Below, in pieces: positions 29,635-39,489 of a stretch of 64,000 nucleotides of DNA (position 1 is the stretch's first letter; every line of letters starts with the position of its first letter). The translations under genes were made by a program, and so were the position numbers. The stretch spans positions 193,278 through 257,277 of the forward strand of contig JBBTRX010000002.1 of assembly GCA_038064975.1 (NCBI GenBank), in the 5' to 3' direction. The notes under the pieces are model-generated. The model searched no databases and had not been told where the DNA came from. It saw only the letters and a program-made list of their open reading frames with translations. This DNA comes from Patescibacteria group bacterium. GTDB lineage: Bacteria; Patescibacteriota; Minisyncoccia; UBA6257; 1-14-0-10-40-38.

Positions 29635-30002
29635 AGTGAAGGAGCGCCCCGCGATTGCAGTGCGCTCCTTACTTACGTAAGCGTAACATGGCGGATTTTA
29701 GTTATCCACACCTAAAAGATAATCTGAGGGAACTCGTTTCTTGCCGAGATGATAACGCTTAGTTTCATTTCTGTCCTTCACCCATGATGAGGGTAATTAT
29801 CACTAGACAAACAAGAAATATGCCCCATATAACAATCCGTTGTAAAACCTCGTAATGTTCCATAGTTATAGCTTACAGCGTGCCACCATTGGCGTTATTT
29901 TGCCCTCTGCGGGCATTTCATTTGTATCAATTCCAAGCCATAGGAGCCACCCGAAAATACCTAGATCTCCCAAAATAATAAACTTTTTCAGTATTGTTTT
30001 CA

Positions 30003-30263
30003 TTATAAGGTTTCACATGCTATTCCATCATTATCCCTATCTAATCCATGATAGTCATCGTCTGGCCCTCCCTCAATTTCAAAAAATTCTTGAGCTTCTT
30101 TTTGTGTATTAAAATCTGGACAATCGTAATCTCCATACTCTTCGCGTGAGCGTTCCACTTCTGGGTCGTCATTATTTATAAGTCTTGGAGTTGAGGTGCT
30201 ATTACTTGAAGTGAAAAACCAAATTGCTCCAATAACTGCTCCTATGCCCAGGAGATATTTCAT
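30003..30263 (-). CDS. Excalibur calcium-binding domain protein
   Basis: [14 protein letters not shown]...[10 protein letters not shown]. Confidence 0.9.
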   Translation of the reverse strand: MKYLLGIGAVIGAIWFFTSSNSTSTPRLINNDDPEVERSREEYGDYDCPDFNTQKEAQEFFEIEGGPDDDYHGLDRDNDGIACETL

Positions 30264-30271
30264 ATTTTTAT

Positions 30272-30799
30272 TTATGAACCAAATTTTTGAACACAGATTT
30301 CGTCTCTTTTTTCTCTCGCTGCATCTAGCTCATCCCTTCGAGACTTCGGTAAACCGCAGTTGCACGTTGTCTGAAATTCATTAACCTTAACTCATGCTTC
30401 TTTTAGTACTTCATCAAAAGTTTTACCAGACGGGTCGGGTTTGTTAGCGGGAAATACCTTAGCATAACTAATTAAGACTTCAGCATAATTTTTTGTACCT
30501 CCAAATACCTCCGAGCACGTTTTAGGTGCTTCGCCAACATTTGGATCGCCACATAAAGCTAGGTGAGAAGTAGTTCGTTCGTACTCGCTTTCTTCTAAGC
30601 ATGTTGCAAAATTTATTTTTCTTTCTTCTTCCATTTCCAATTCAGTCGCTATTCTTGCCTCTTCCGCCGCAATTTTTGCTTCTTCTATTTCTTGAGCTTT
30701 TTGTGGCTGAATCACAAAAGCATTATATAAAATCCAAACAATAAAAACCCCAATTGCTAAAATTCCTACTTTAAACCAATGTTCTTTAAGCCAATCCAT
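30272..30799 (-). pseudogene. Cys-containing membrane-anchored protein interrupted by in-frame TGA at 30392-30394
   Basis: Frame stays open 39 codons past the TGA to TAA at 30272-30274, just before the next start. Confidence 0.55.
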
Positions 30800-30800
30800 A

Positions 30801-31205
30801 TTAATATCCCATATCAATCAATTTAAGTATTACTGGCTGAGCAAAGCCCCAAATAAATCCAATAATGATAGCCGTTATCGCGAATCCTCTTCCTTTCTGA
30901 TGAGTATATTTTATTTGAGTTAGAGCAACAATTCCTAAAATAAAACCAATAATACCTGCTAAACCGATGCCGAACATTGAAACAAGCGATATCGCGAATC
31001 CGACGATCGCCGACTTATTAAGGCTATTTTTTAGATTATTTTCGGCAGATGAGCTAATCTTCTCAACATCAATAATGCCCTTGTCCGCAATCCTTGTTTC
31101 ATACTCTTCGGCTTCTTTGGTAGATGTCGGCATATTTCTGCAATATCCACATACATGATCCCACCATGCGCCTTCTCTCTTTTTGCATTTAATACATATT
31201 CTCAT
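30801..31205 (-). CDS. DUF4190-like membrane protein with N-terminal zinc ribbon
   Basis: CIKC..CGYC, then NKSAIVGF...GIVALTQIK....KGRGFAI. Confidence 0.75.
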   Translation of the reverse strand: MRICIKCKKREGAWWDHVCGYCRNMPTSTKEAEEYETRIADKGIIDVEKISSSAENNLKNSLNKSAIVGFAISLVSMFGIGLAGIIGFILGIVALTQIKYTHQKGRGFAITAIIIGFIWGFAQPVILKLIDMGY

Positions 31206-31240
31206 AGATATTGACTATTATTTACAGATTTTTCTAATCT

Positions 31241-31615
31241 TCATTTTTTAAAACACTCATCTCGTTCATTTTTCCATAATTTAAGATTTTGCTGTTTTTC
31301 AACGCTTGTATCTCCCATAATATTGTAAGAAGTAATTGAGACGGGCATATTCTCCCACTGCCCAGGATTTGAGATTCTGCTAATCCTCTCAAAAACAGAG
31401 AGGTATTTCCAATCAGCAGAAGACAAACAATCATTTAATATCTTTTCTAAATTCTCTTTTTCTAATTGCTCTTGCGCTATTTTTACTTGCTGTTGCCTTT
31501 CAATAGAGTTTTGTTTACTTATTTGAGTTGCATAATAAAAGCCCCCCAAAATAATGCTTGCTATCAAAATCGTGGTCGGTAGTGTTAGTTTGTTTATTTT
31601 GTCCATAAAGCTCAT
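31241..31615 (-). CDS. Hypothetical membrane-anchored protein
   Basis: LPTTILIASIILGGFYYA, Gln-rich coil, Cys pair. Confidence 0.7.
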   Translation of the reverse strand: MSFMDKINKLTLPTTILIASIILGGFYYATQISKQNSIERQQQVKIAQEQLEKENLEKILNDCLSSADWKYLSVFERISRISNPGQWENMPVSITSYNIMGDTSVEKQQNLKLWKNERDECFKK

Positions 31616-31728
31616 TAATTTAATATAAAAGCCCTATTTTATTATTCGGAATGGAATTAAACATTTATATATTTATATGCCTATAAAATACAAGAGTCAA
31701 ACTAAACCTCGTCCCTTATTCCCATTCT

Positions 31729-33267
31729 TCACGCCTCCTCCCTTAATCTATAACTAAACGCTTCTTTGAGATGATTTGCAGAAACGGTTGGGGATTCGTC
31801 TAAATCCGCGATGGTTTGTGCGACGCGGAGAATGCGGTAGTATCCTCTCGCGGAGAGCATCGCTTTATCAAAAACAGTTTTAGTAAATTGTTCCGCATTA
31901 GCATCGCAGGTGATAAGCTCGTCACATTCCTTTGACGAGAGATCAGAATTTCTAAACTTATGTTTCAGTGCAGCAGTGCGTGCTTTTTGAATTTCATGCG
32001 CTTTTCGGATTGACGCCTTAATTGCTGATTCATCGGTGAGTGCTTGCTCTGTATCTTTACCTTGGAGAGTTTCTAGTGACACGCGAGGAACAGTAATTTG
32101 AATATCAATTCTGTCCAAAAGCGGACCGGAAACTTTTTTGTTATAGCGGATTACATCATATGGGGCACACGTGCATGCCTTTGCTTCGTCTCCGTAATAT
32201 CCACAAGGGCACGGATTCATTGCTGCGACGAGCATGAAGCGGGCAGGGAATATAAGATTATTTTTTACCCGAGAGACGATTGCTCTACCGGATTCCAATG
32301 GTTGGCGGAGACTCTCTAAAATATCCCGTCTGAACTCCGGAAGTTCATCTAAGAAAAGCACGCCACGGTGGGCGAGACTGATTTCTCCTGGGCGGGGATT
32401 TTGCCCGCCACCTACCATCGCGGCAGGGGATGCCGATTGGTGCGGAGCACGGAACGGCCGATTTTTTATAATGCCTCTATCGCCCAATAAATTCGCCGCA
32501 CTGTAAACTTTCGTAATCTCAATCATTTCTTCGGGAGCAGGCTCGGGAAGAATAGAGGCGAGTGCTTGCGCGAGCATGGTCTTTCCCGTGCCCGGAGGGC
32601 CAACCATAAGCATGTTGTGCCCGCCTGCGGCGGCGATCATAAGTGCGCGCTTTGCGGATGCTTGTCCTTTAATTTCTGAAAGTTTTACAAAAAGCGTTTC
32701 GTTTTCCGGTTCAAGATTCGTAGGCTCTTGGGGAGCGATTACAGAACGTTTCTCTAGGTGATGAATGAGCTCCGCGAGACTCGTAATGGGAATAATGGTC
32801 GCGCCGCGTACAGCCCCTGCTTCCTTTGCGTTCGCTTTCGGAATGAATAATGTCTTCCCTGTTTTTTCCGCGAGAGACGCAATAGAGAGCGCTCCTGCGA
32901 TAGGACGGAGCTTACCCTCAAGTGAAAGTTCTCCGGAGAAAATCATCGTCTCGGAGTCGCATGGCTTGAGTTGCGCTGTTGCTAAGAGATAGGCGACTGC
33001 GATTGCGAGATCGTATTGCGACCCCGTTTTCTTAATATCCGCAGGAGCGAGGTTTACTACGATTTTTCTATTCTCGCGATTCGGCGGCTTCACCCCGGTA
33101 TTTTTAAGAGCCGAGTTTACCCGTTCCTTTGCTTCGGTGAGCGCCTTATCCGCAAGTCCTACGATAGAAAAAGAATGGAGACCAACGTTAATGTCGGTCT
33201 CCACTTCAATGAGTTTCGCTTCAATGCCATCCAGTTCTGCCGAGAATGTCCGGGAAATATTTGCCAT
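31729..33267 (-). CDS. comM: YifB/ComM Mg-chelatase-like AAA+ ATPase
   Basis: NLAPADIKK, GELSLEG, GPPGTGKT, PGEISLAHRGVLFLDE, AMNPCPCG. Confidence 0.95.
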   Translation of the reverse strand: MANISRTFSAELDGIEAKLIEVETDINVGLHSFSIVGLADKALTEAKERVNSALKNTGVKPPNRENRKIVVNLAPADIKKTGSQYDLAIAVAYLLATAQLKPCDSETMIFSGELSLEGKLRPIAGALSIASLAEKTGKTLFIPKANAKEAGAVRGATIIPITSLAELIHHLEKRSVIAPQEPTNLEPENETLFVKLSEIKGQASAKRALMIAAAGGHNMLMVGPPGTGKTMLAQALASILPEPAPEEMIEITKVYSAANLLGDRGIIKNRPFRAPHQSASPAAMVGGGQNPRPGEISLAHRGVLFLDELPEFRRDILESLRQPLESGRAIVSRVKNNLIFPARFMLVAAMNPCPCGYYGDEAKACTCAPYDVIRYNKKVSGPLLDRIDIQITVPRVSLETLQGKDTEQALTDESAIKASIRKAHEIQKARTAALKHKFRNSDLSSKECDELITCDANAEQFTKTVFDKAMLSARGYYRILRVAQTIADLDESPTVSANHLKEAFSYRLREEA

Positions 33268-33279
33268 AGCGGAAGAATA

Positions 33280-33633
33280 TTACTTTCCTTGTTTGCACGC
33301 CTTACAGAGGCGAGACTCGGGATCAATTGTGAGTAATTCGTAATCAATCGCTTTTCCGCATTCTTCGCACATGCCGTATTTCCCCTCACTCATTTTGCGG
33401 AGTGCGTGCGCAATATCTTCGCGCCGAGTGCCCATAGCGTTCCCGATACCGGCATTCGTGCTGAATCCTTCCGCCTCGTTCGTTTCTTCTTCAAACGAAT
33501 CAACGTCCGAGCCGAAATCCGGAGTCTCTTCCAGCGAGGTAATCTCTTTTCCAAGTTCTTTTTCTTTCTCTTCTAGTTTTTTGCGAAGCTCCGCTAATTG
33601 GTCGTGGGTAAGCATAGGATTGATAGTATTCAT
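33280..33633 (-). CDS. TraR/DksA C4-type zinc finger protein
   Basis: Coiled coil plus GKYGMCEECG...P...CKAC. Confidence 0.88.
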   Translation of the reverse strand: MNTINPMLTHDQLAELRKKLEEKEKELGKEITSLEETPDFGSDVDSFEEETNEAEGFSTNAGIGNAMGTRREDIAHALRKMSEGKYGMCEECGKAIDYELLTIDPESRLCKACKQGK

Positions 33634-33707
33634 ATATTGTAAGCCGTAAGGCGCACCCCATGCAACTTGCCAAGTTTTAGGAGCTACGCTATACTTTTCC
33701 CCACATT

Positions 33708-33944
33708 ATGCCAAATACAGCATCAGCCAAAAAAGCATTGAGACAGGGTGATCGCAGGCGGGAAAAGAACCTCGCCGGCATGAAAGACCTGAAAACGGTC
33801 ATAAAGACCTTTAGAAAAGCCCCTTCAGCGGGTGCGCTTTCTATAGTTTATAAAAAGCTTGATAAAGCTGCCAAGGTAAACTTGATCAAGAAGAATGCCG
33901 CAGGACGAATGAAGTCTCGCCTTTCAAAATTGCTCAAAGTGTAG
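33708..33944 (+). CDS. rpsT: 30S ribosomal protein S20
   Basis: MPNTASAKKALRQ, LDKAAK, KNAAGRMKSRL. Confidence 0.95.
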   Translation: MPNTASAKKALRQGDRRREKNLAGMKDLKTVIKTFRKAPSAGALSIVYKKLDKAAKVNLIKKNAAGRMKSRLSKLLKV

Positions 33945-34113
33945 AATCTAGTATCTAGAAAATAGAATCTAGAAGTTGGTAGTTTGAAAGAAAATATAAA
34001 AAAGCCCTGAAATAGGGGCTTTTTGGTGTATATTGACAAATAGCATAAAAGTATGCTATATTCTAATCAGGTCCTTCCCACGAAAACTATTCCTTACACA
34101 GGAGACCGTTAAG

Positions 34114-34620
34114 ATGAACAAGTCAGGATTGTGGTTCCCCATCGCTCTCATGATATGTCTTGGTGTGTTCGCTCTCGTTAACTTTGACGTTATTCGAGCT
34201 AGGGAGGCGAGAGGCGCTCAGTCGATACCGAGCGCAACGATCACTGAGCCCACTCTCTCCACTTTCGGCTTCTCAAGGGGAGAAGAGCCGGACTCTTCTG
34301 TCTTCTCTTTCTATGGAAGCAAAAACGCTACCGTGACGGATGGCAAAGGAGACGGGCGGAAGATCATCTCTCTTGCTCCCGGCGAACGGTACACTACCGA
34401 AAGTGGTGGAACCTACTCCAACGTGTCTGGACTCGGATCGTTTGCGGTTCGCGATCGCAAGACAGGAACCATCCTACTCTCAAAAGAATCCTTGAAGTCT
34501 TTCTCGGTTTCATTTGGAAGTCAGGGTTCCTCCAAGATTACTTGGACGGATATGGACGGGAAAGAACACGCACAAGAGTTCACCGACGTCACTCTTGATG
34601 TCGCTACTCCGCAGGAGTAG
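34114..34620 (+). CDS. Orphan secreted/membrane protein with own promoter and terminator
   Basis: TTGACA-N-TATATT at 34033-34062, SD caggag, signal-like N-terminus, hairpin 34630-34665. Confidence 0.7.
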   Translation: MNKSGLWFPIALMICLGVFALVNFDVIRAREARGAQSIPSATITEPTLSTFGFSRGEEPDSSVFSFYGSKNATVTDGKGDGRKIISLAPGERYTTESGGTYSNVSGLGSFAVRDRKTGTILLSKESLKSFSVSFGSQGSSKITWTDMDGKEHAQEFTDVTLDVATPQE

Positions 34621-34711
34621 CGCCCAACAGAGCCCCCACTCCATCTGGAGTGCCGGGGCTCTTTTCTATCTTCTCTATACCCTAGTGGCTAATGGCTAGA
34701 CCCCTAATTCT

Positions 34712-35455
34712 CTAATCCCTAAGTATGAGATCTAAAAGTGCTTCTTCGTATTCAAGCTTCCCCGATTTAATGGCCACGTCATAGTTGGCCATTCTGATTT
34801 TTTGGATTGGCGTTGCAAGAGATGTAGAAACATTAAAAATCGCGACAGGGTCATTATTTTGGAGTAACCATTCTAGAGAAGAAAGGCGCGACCCCAGTGT
34901 TCCGCGCATGAAGCCCTGAATGAGTGGAAAGAAATCCTTCCCTGCTTCACCGTTTGGAGTTGCGCCTCCGAGCGAGAGTTTTTCTAGCTCATGCACGATA
35001 CCCCAGGTATCTGATCCGCATAAGAGAGCGAGGGATGCAACCTGCGCGTCAGAAACTTCCACGTTTTGTTTTTTCGCTTCTTTACGTATGAACGAGGAGA
35101 GTTCAGTGCCTTTTAGTTCCGGAAACTCTTGAGATTGAACAGGGTCTTTGAGAAGAAAAGCGAATTCTTTAGATAATTTTTTTTCTGCAATAATAAGAAG
35201 CGTTTTTGATTCGTTTGCAACTAAGGTCTTAATGAGCTTCGCGTTTTCCGGCTCTACTTCGGAGACAATCGCAAAACCTTTTGGAGAAAAAAGTGATTGG
35301 GACTCCAAAAAGGAAAGCAGTCGCGCGTAATCATTTTTTTCGCTCAGCACGAAGCGTTCTGGGGCATGGCCGTATTTTTTTTCATACGTCGCGACAATCT
35401 GGCGCTCTTTTTGCGAGCGTTGGTACGCATCGGGACCGTAGAGATGGATCAGCAT
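34712..35455 (-). CDS. holA: DNA polymerase III delta subunit (short form)
   Basis: MLIHLYGPDAY, SQSLFS, ELEKL, DVAIKSG; adjacent to rpsT as is typical. Confidence 0.8.
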   Translation of the reverse strand: MLIHLYGPDAYQRSQKERQIVATYEKKYGHAPERFVLSEKNDYARLLSFLESQSLFSPKGFAIVSEVEPENAKLIKTLVANESKTLLIIAEKKLSKEFAFLLKDPVQSQEFPELKGTELSSFIRKEAKKQNVEVSDAQVASLALLCGSDTWGIVHELEKLSLGGATPNGEAGKDFFPLIQGFMRGTLGSRLSSLEWLLQNNDPVAIFNVSTSLATPIQKIRMANYDVAIKSGKLEYEEALLDLILRD

Positions 35456-35461
35456 AGCGTT

Positions 35462-35734
35462 AGTGCCCTGTGTACAAAATAGCTTATCATGGAAAGAGAA
35501 TGTTTGAGAAATATTCGAGGAATGACGACGAATCTGTGCGTGGAACGCACTGCGAGGAGGAATGACGAAAAAGATTGCCAAACATTCTCTTTCCCTTTGG
35601 GCAGATGCTCTTTTTCGTCATCTGCAGCGTTATTCGTCGCTTACGTACCCTTTCAGGTACGCTTCGCTCCTCACGTCTTGCATATGACGAAAAATAAAAT
35701 CTGCCATGGCAAGCTATTTTGTACACAGGACACT
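35462..35734. mobile_element. MITE-like non-coding element with about 35-bp imperfect terminal inverted repeats
   Basis: agtgccctgtgtacaaaatagcttatcatgg ... ccatggcaagctattttgtacacaggacact. Confidence 0.65.
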
Positions 35735-35849
35735 TGTATAGCAGAAATGAAGAGCGCACCCAGTTTTCCACACTTGCGCATCGTGAAATAATTGTTACTA
35801 TACAAAAAGCCCTTTCGTTTTTTTCCTCTCTGCTAACTCGGAGGACGAA

Positions 35850-36068
35850 GTGCCTAACGAAACTACAACGAGACCGTACGGAATTGAGAATGATCTCAAA
35901 ACAGGAAGAAAAGCTGTTTTCACCACGACACCAACTCTTGGAGAGATTCATTCCGCAGCGTTTGATGAGTTTCGGGATATTCCCTTGCACTGTCTTGAGG
36001 TGACGAGCAGACCCAATAGTCACCTCGTCATCTTGCAGGTTCGCTCCACTCCGGCAAGCGGCGGATAA
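35850..36068 (+). CDS. Small orphan protein
   Basis: GGAGGA SD before GTG; terminator-like aaagcgtccggcaatgccggacgcttt follows. Confidence 0.5.
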   Translation: MPNETTTRPYGIENDLKTGRKAVFTTTPTLGEIHSAAFDEFRDIPLHCLEVTSRPNSHLVILQVRSTPASGG

Positions 36069-36219
36069 TCAGAAGAGATGGGAGAAATCCCGTATACCAA
36101 AAGCGTCCGGCAATGCCGGACGCTTTCCTTATACTAATGCACAAACTAACTGCTTCGCATCTCGAGGAGCGAGGAGCGACGAAGATATCGTAACTTAGTA
36201 AAGTGCGATAAGCCTTGTT

Positions 36220-38175
36220 CTACAAGAGAAACGGAACAATAAGCAATGCAACGATATTCATTACTTTAATCAAAGGATTAATCGCTGGACCAACAGTGTC
36301 TTTATAAGGATCTCCCACGGTGTCTCCGGTAACAGCTGCTTTATGCGCGTCTGATCCCTTACCGCCGAATTTACCGTCTTCAATATATTTCTTTGCGTTA
36401 TCCCAAGCGGCTCCTCCGGTCGTCATGGAAATTGCCATAAAGATTCCGGAAATGATTGAGCCGATTAAGAACCCTCCGAGCGCTTCCGCGCCGAGCAGAA
36501 AGCCAACAGCGATAACCGCGAGAATTGGAATGAGCGCAGGAAGGATCATTTTTTTAAGCGCTGCCGTGGTTACGATATCAACTGCGCGTCCGTAGTCAGG
36601 CTTCGCTGTTCCTTCTAAGATTCCCGGTATTTCGCGGAACTGGCGGCGCACTTCTTCTACAACTGCCCCAGCTGCCTGTCCTACCGCGAGCATGGCGAGC
36701 GATCCGAAGAAGTAAGGAATCATGCCTCCCAAGAATAGTCCGATGATGACGCTTGGATTTTGAAGATCAAAGAGAACGGTCGGTAATTCTTCCGCGTAGC
36801 CTGCAAAGAGTACGAGCGCGGCAAGTCCGGCGGATGCGATGGCGTATCCTTTCGTAACTGCTTTTGTAGTGTTGCCTACTGCGTCCAATGCGTCCGTCAC
36901 TTTGCGTACGTCATGGGGAGCGTTAGACATTTCTGCGATGCCGCCTGCGTTATCCGTAATCGGTCCGAACGAATCAATCGCGACAATGATGCCGGCAACG
37001 GAAAGCATTGAGGTTGCTGCTATCGCGATGCCGTAGAGACCGAGTAAGGAGTAGCTCCCCCAGATTCCGGCTACGATAACGAGAATAGGAAGAATGGTGG
37101 ATTCCATACCAACCGCAAGGCCCATAATAATATTGGTGCCGTGTCCTGAATTTGATGCCTCTGCGATGGAGTGGACTGGGCGATATTTTTTAGACGTATA
37201 GTAATCCGTAATCACAACCATGAGCGCCGTGACTCCAAGGCCGATCAAGCTTACCCAGAACACGCTCAAAGCTTCATCAGGGACAAACATCTTTGCCGCG
37301 AAGTAGAAAAGAACTCCTGAAATAACGAGCGATGCAATGAGTCCTTTGTAGAGTGCTCCCATAATGTTGCCCGTGGATCCGAGTCGTACAAAGAGTGCAC
37401 CGATAAGGGATGCGATGATAGCGAGTCCACCCAAGATAAGGGGGAAGAGGACATTTCCTACCCCTGCACTGACAGCAAGAATGAGGGCGGCCGTAAGCGT
37501 TACGGCATATGTTTCAAAAAGATCTGCTGCCATACCTGCGCAGTCGCCGACATTGTCTCCCACATTGTCTGCGATGACACCCGGATTTCGCGGATCGTCT
37601 TCAGGAATTCCAGCTTCAACTTTTCCGACAAGATCAGTTCCCACATCTGCGGCTTTGGTATAAATTCCTCCGCCTAATCGTGCGAAGACAGAGATTAAGC
37701 TTGCGCCGAAGCCGAGGGCGATAAGCGCTGTGATGTCTTCTGTCGCGAGATAAAACCCTGCTACCGAGAGAAGTCCAAGTGCTACGACAAGAAATCCGGT
37801 CACTGACCCTGCTCTAAAGGCGAGCGAGAGTGCGGGAGCGAGACCTTGGCGTGCAACTTCCGCGGTGCGTGCGTTTGCACGAACGGCGATTTGCATTCCG
37901 ATTACGCTTGCGAGCGTGGAAGCGAGTGCTCCAATTAAAAATCCTATTGCGGAGGTTATATTGAGCGTAACCGCAATAATTACGAAGAGAATGATGGCTA
38001 CAACAGAGACGGCGCGATATTGCCGTTTAAGATACGCGGATGATCCTTCGCGGATTGCATCCGAGATGTCCTGCATTTCTTTATTTGGCTTTGGGCGCTT
38101 CTGCATCCAAAAAATAATTCCTGCGCTGTAAAGTATGGCTGCGGCAATCGGAGCAAAAATGATGGTATTCAGCAT
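36220..38175 (-). CDS. hppA: Membrane-bound ion-translocating pyrophosphatase
   Basis: [46 protein letters not shown]-like, DTVGDPYKD. Confidence 0.96.
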   Translation of the reverse strand: MLNTIIFAPIAAAILYSAGIIFWMQKRPKPNKEMQDISDAIREGSSAYLKRQYRAVSVVAIILFVIIAVTLNITSAIGFLIGALASTLASVIGMQIAVRANARTAEVARQGLAPALSLAFRAGSVTGFLVVALGLLSVAGFYLATEDITALIALGFGASLISVFARLGGGIYTKAADVGTDLVGKVEAGIPEDDPRNPGVIADNVGDNVGDCAGMAADLFETYAVTLTAALILAVSAGVGNVLFPLILGGLAIIASLIGALFVRLGSTGNIMGALYKGLIASLVISGVLFYFAAKMFVPDEALSVFWVSLIGLGVTALMVVITDYYTSKKYRPVHSIAEASNSGHGTNIIMGLAVGMESTILPILVIVAGIWGSYSLLGLYGIAIAATSMLSVAGIIVAIDSFGPITDNAGGIAEMSNAPHDVRKVTDALDAVGNTTKAVTKGYAIASAGLAALVLFAGYAEELPTVLFDLQNPSVIIGLFLGGMIPYFFGSLAMLAVGQAAGAVVEEVRRQFREIPGILEGTAKPDYGRAVDIVTTAALKKMILPALIPILAVIAVGFLLGAEALGGFLIGSIISGIFMAISMTTGGAAWDNAKKYIEDGKFGGKGSDAHKAAVTGDTVGDPYKDTVGPAINPLIKVMNIVALLIVPFLL

Positions 38176-38193
38176 ATGAGGTAAATCAGTGGG

Positions 38194-39399
38194 TTATTCT
38201 TTGTCTTCAGACTTTTTTGTTGCTTTCGGCTTTTCTTCTTCGGCTTCTTCAGCTATTCCTTCGGCTTGCGTCTCTTCAGGTTTTGAATTGGAGCGGACAT
38301 CTATCTTCCAACCTGTGAGCCGTGCGGCGAGCCGAACATTCTGGCCACCTTTGCCAATCGCGAGTGAGAGCTGATCTTCAGGAATAAATACTCTCGCTTC
38401 CTTACGTGGCATGACTTCAATGCTTTCTACTTTTGCTGGGGAAAGAGCGTTGCCGATAAATTTTGCAGGATCTTCGGACCACTCAATGATATCTATTTTT
38501 TCATGGCCGAGTTCGTTGGAGACCGCCATAACGCGTGTTCCGCGCTGGCCAACGCATGCGCCAACTGGATCAACTCCATCTGTTCCCGACGCTACGGCTA
38601 TTTTAGTCCGGCTTCCGGCTTCGCGTGCGATGGCTTTAATCTGTACCGTCTCATCTGCTATTTCTGGCACTTCAAGTGCAAAAAGGCGGGAGACAAATTT
38701 CGGATGCGAACGGGAAAGGATGATGCCGGGGATGCGCGCCTCTTCCTGAATGGCAAGAACATAAAACTTCATGCGGTCACCGGTTTTATAGTGCTCTCCC
38801 GGAATGGATTCGCTTTGAAACATAATGCCGGTAGCGCGTCCCAACTCCACCATCACGCCTCCACGCTCAAAACGTTGGATAACGCCGCTTACGATTTCTC
38901 CCTCGCGGTTGCGGAATTCAGAAAGCACGGATTCGCGTTCCGCGTCGCGGAGTTTTTGGAGTACTACTTGCTTTGCAGTTTGTGCCGCGATGCGTCCAAA
39001 GTCTTCGCGTGTTTCAAGGGGAAACTCAAGCTCTTCACCGAGTACGGTACTCTTCTTAACTTCTTTCGCTTCTGGGAGAAGAATATGGCGATCAGGATTG
39101 TAGCGGGGAAGCACTGACTCGTCGCCCTCCGTTACCGGAGTTTCAGGTTCTGTTGACTCCTCTCCTTCTTTGGGGATGCGGACGGTTGTTTCGTCAACAA
39201 CAGTTTTTACCTGCCAGAATTTGAGTTTTCCGCTTTCTACGTCAAACTTTGCTTTAATAATTTCTCCTCGTTTCTCATACTCGCGCTTATATGCAGCCGC
39301 GATCGCAGCTTCAATCGCTTCAATAATTCGCTCCGCAGGAATTCCCTTTTCGGTAGCGATTTGTTCAACGGCGCGCTTAATTGTTTTTAGGTCCATCAT
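38194..39399 (-). CDS. nusA: Transcription termination/antitermination factor NusA
   Basis: FGRIAAQTAKQV, AREAGSRTKIAV, LSLAIGKGGQNVRLAA. Confidence 0.97.
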   Translation of the reverse strand: MMDLKTIKRAVEQIATEKGIPAERIIEAIEAAIAAAYKREYEKRGEIIKAKFDVESGKLKFWQVKTVVDETTVRIPKEGEESTEPETPVTEGDESVLPRYNPDRHILLPEAKEVKKSTVLGEELEFPLETREDFGRIAAQTAKQVVLQKLRDAERESVLSEFRNREGEIVSGVIQRFERGGVMVELGRATGIMFQSESIPGEHYKTGDRMKFYVLAIQEEARIPGIILSRSHPKFVSRLFALEVPEIADETVQIKAIAREAGSRTKIAVASGTDGVDPVGACVGQRGTRVMAVSNELGHEKIDIIEWSEDPAKFIGNALSPAKVESIEVMPRKEARVFIPEDQLSLAIGKGGQNVRLAARLTGWKIDVRSNSKPEETQAEGIAEEAEEEKPKATKKSEDKE

Positions 39400-39422
39400 A
39401 TGTTGGTAAATAATTTTTGTTA

Positions 39423-39449
39423 AAAATGGTCGCTCCAAGAGCGACCATT
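39423..39449 (-). promoter_or_regulatory. Hairpin in nusA leader (possible attenuator)
   Basis: aatggtcgctc-caa-gagcgaccatt followed on the minus strand by a T-run. Confidence 0.5.
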
Positions 39450-39489
39450 CGTGTACCCCTATCATAGGGCAAAAAAGCGTATCTGTCAA

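Noticed and set aside
29702-29710. DnaA box TTATCCACA as oriC
   Set aside because: Single isolated box with no dnaA/dnaN nearby; insufficient.
30392-30394. Genome-wide TGA recoding (code 25 or 4)
   Set aside because: Conserved genes translate fully in code 11 and several end in TGA.
35487-36023. Overlapping ORFs 35487-36023, 35489-35791, 35719-36003 and the N-terminal extension of holA
   Set aside because: They run through the inverted-repeat element; no motifs or plausible starts.
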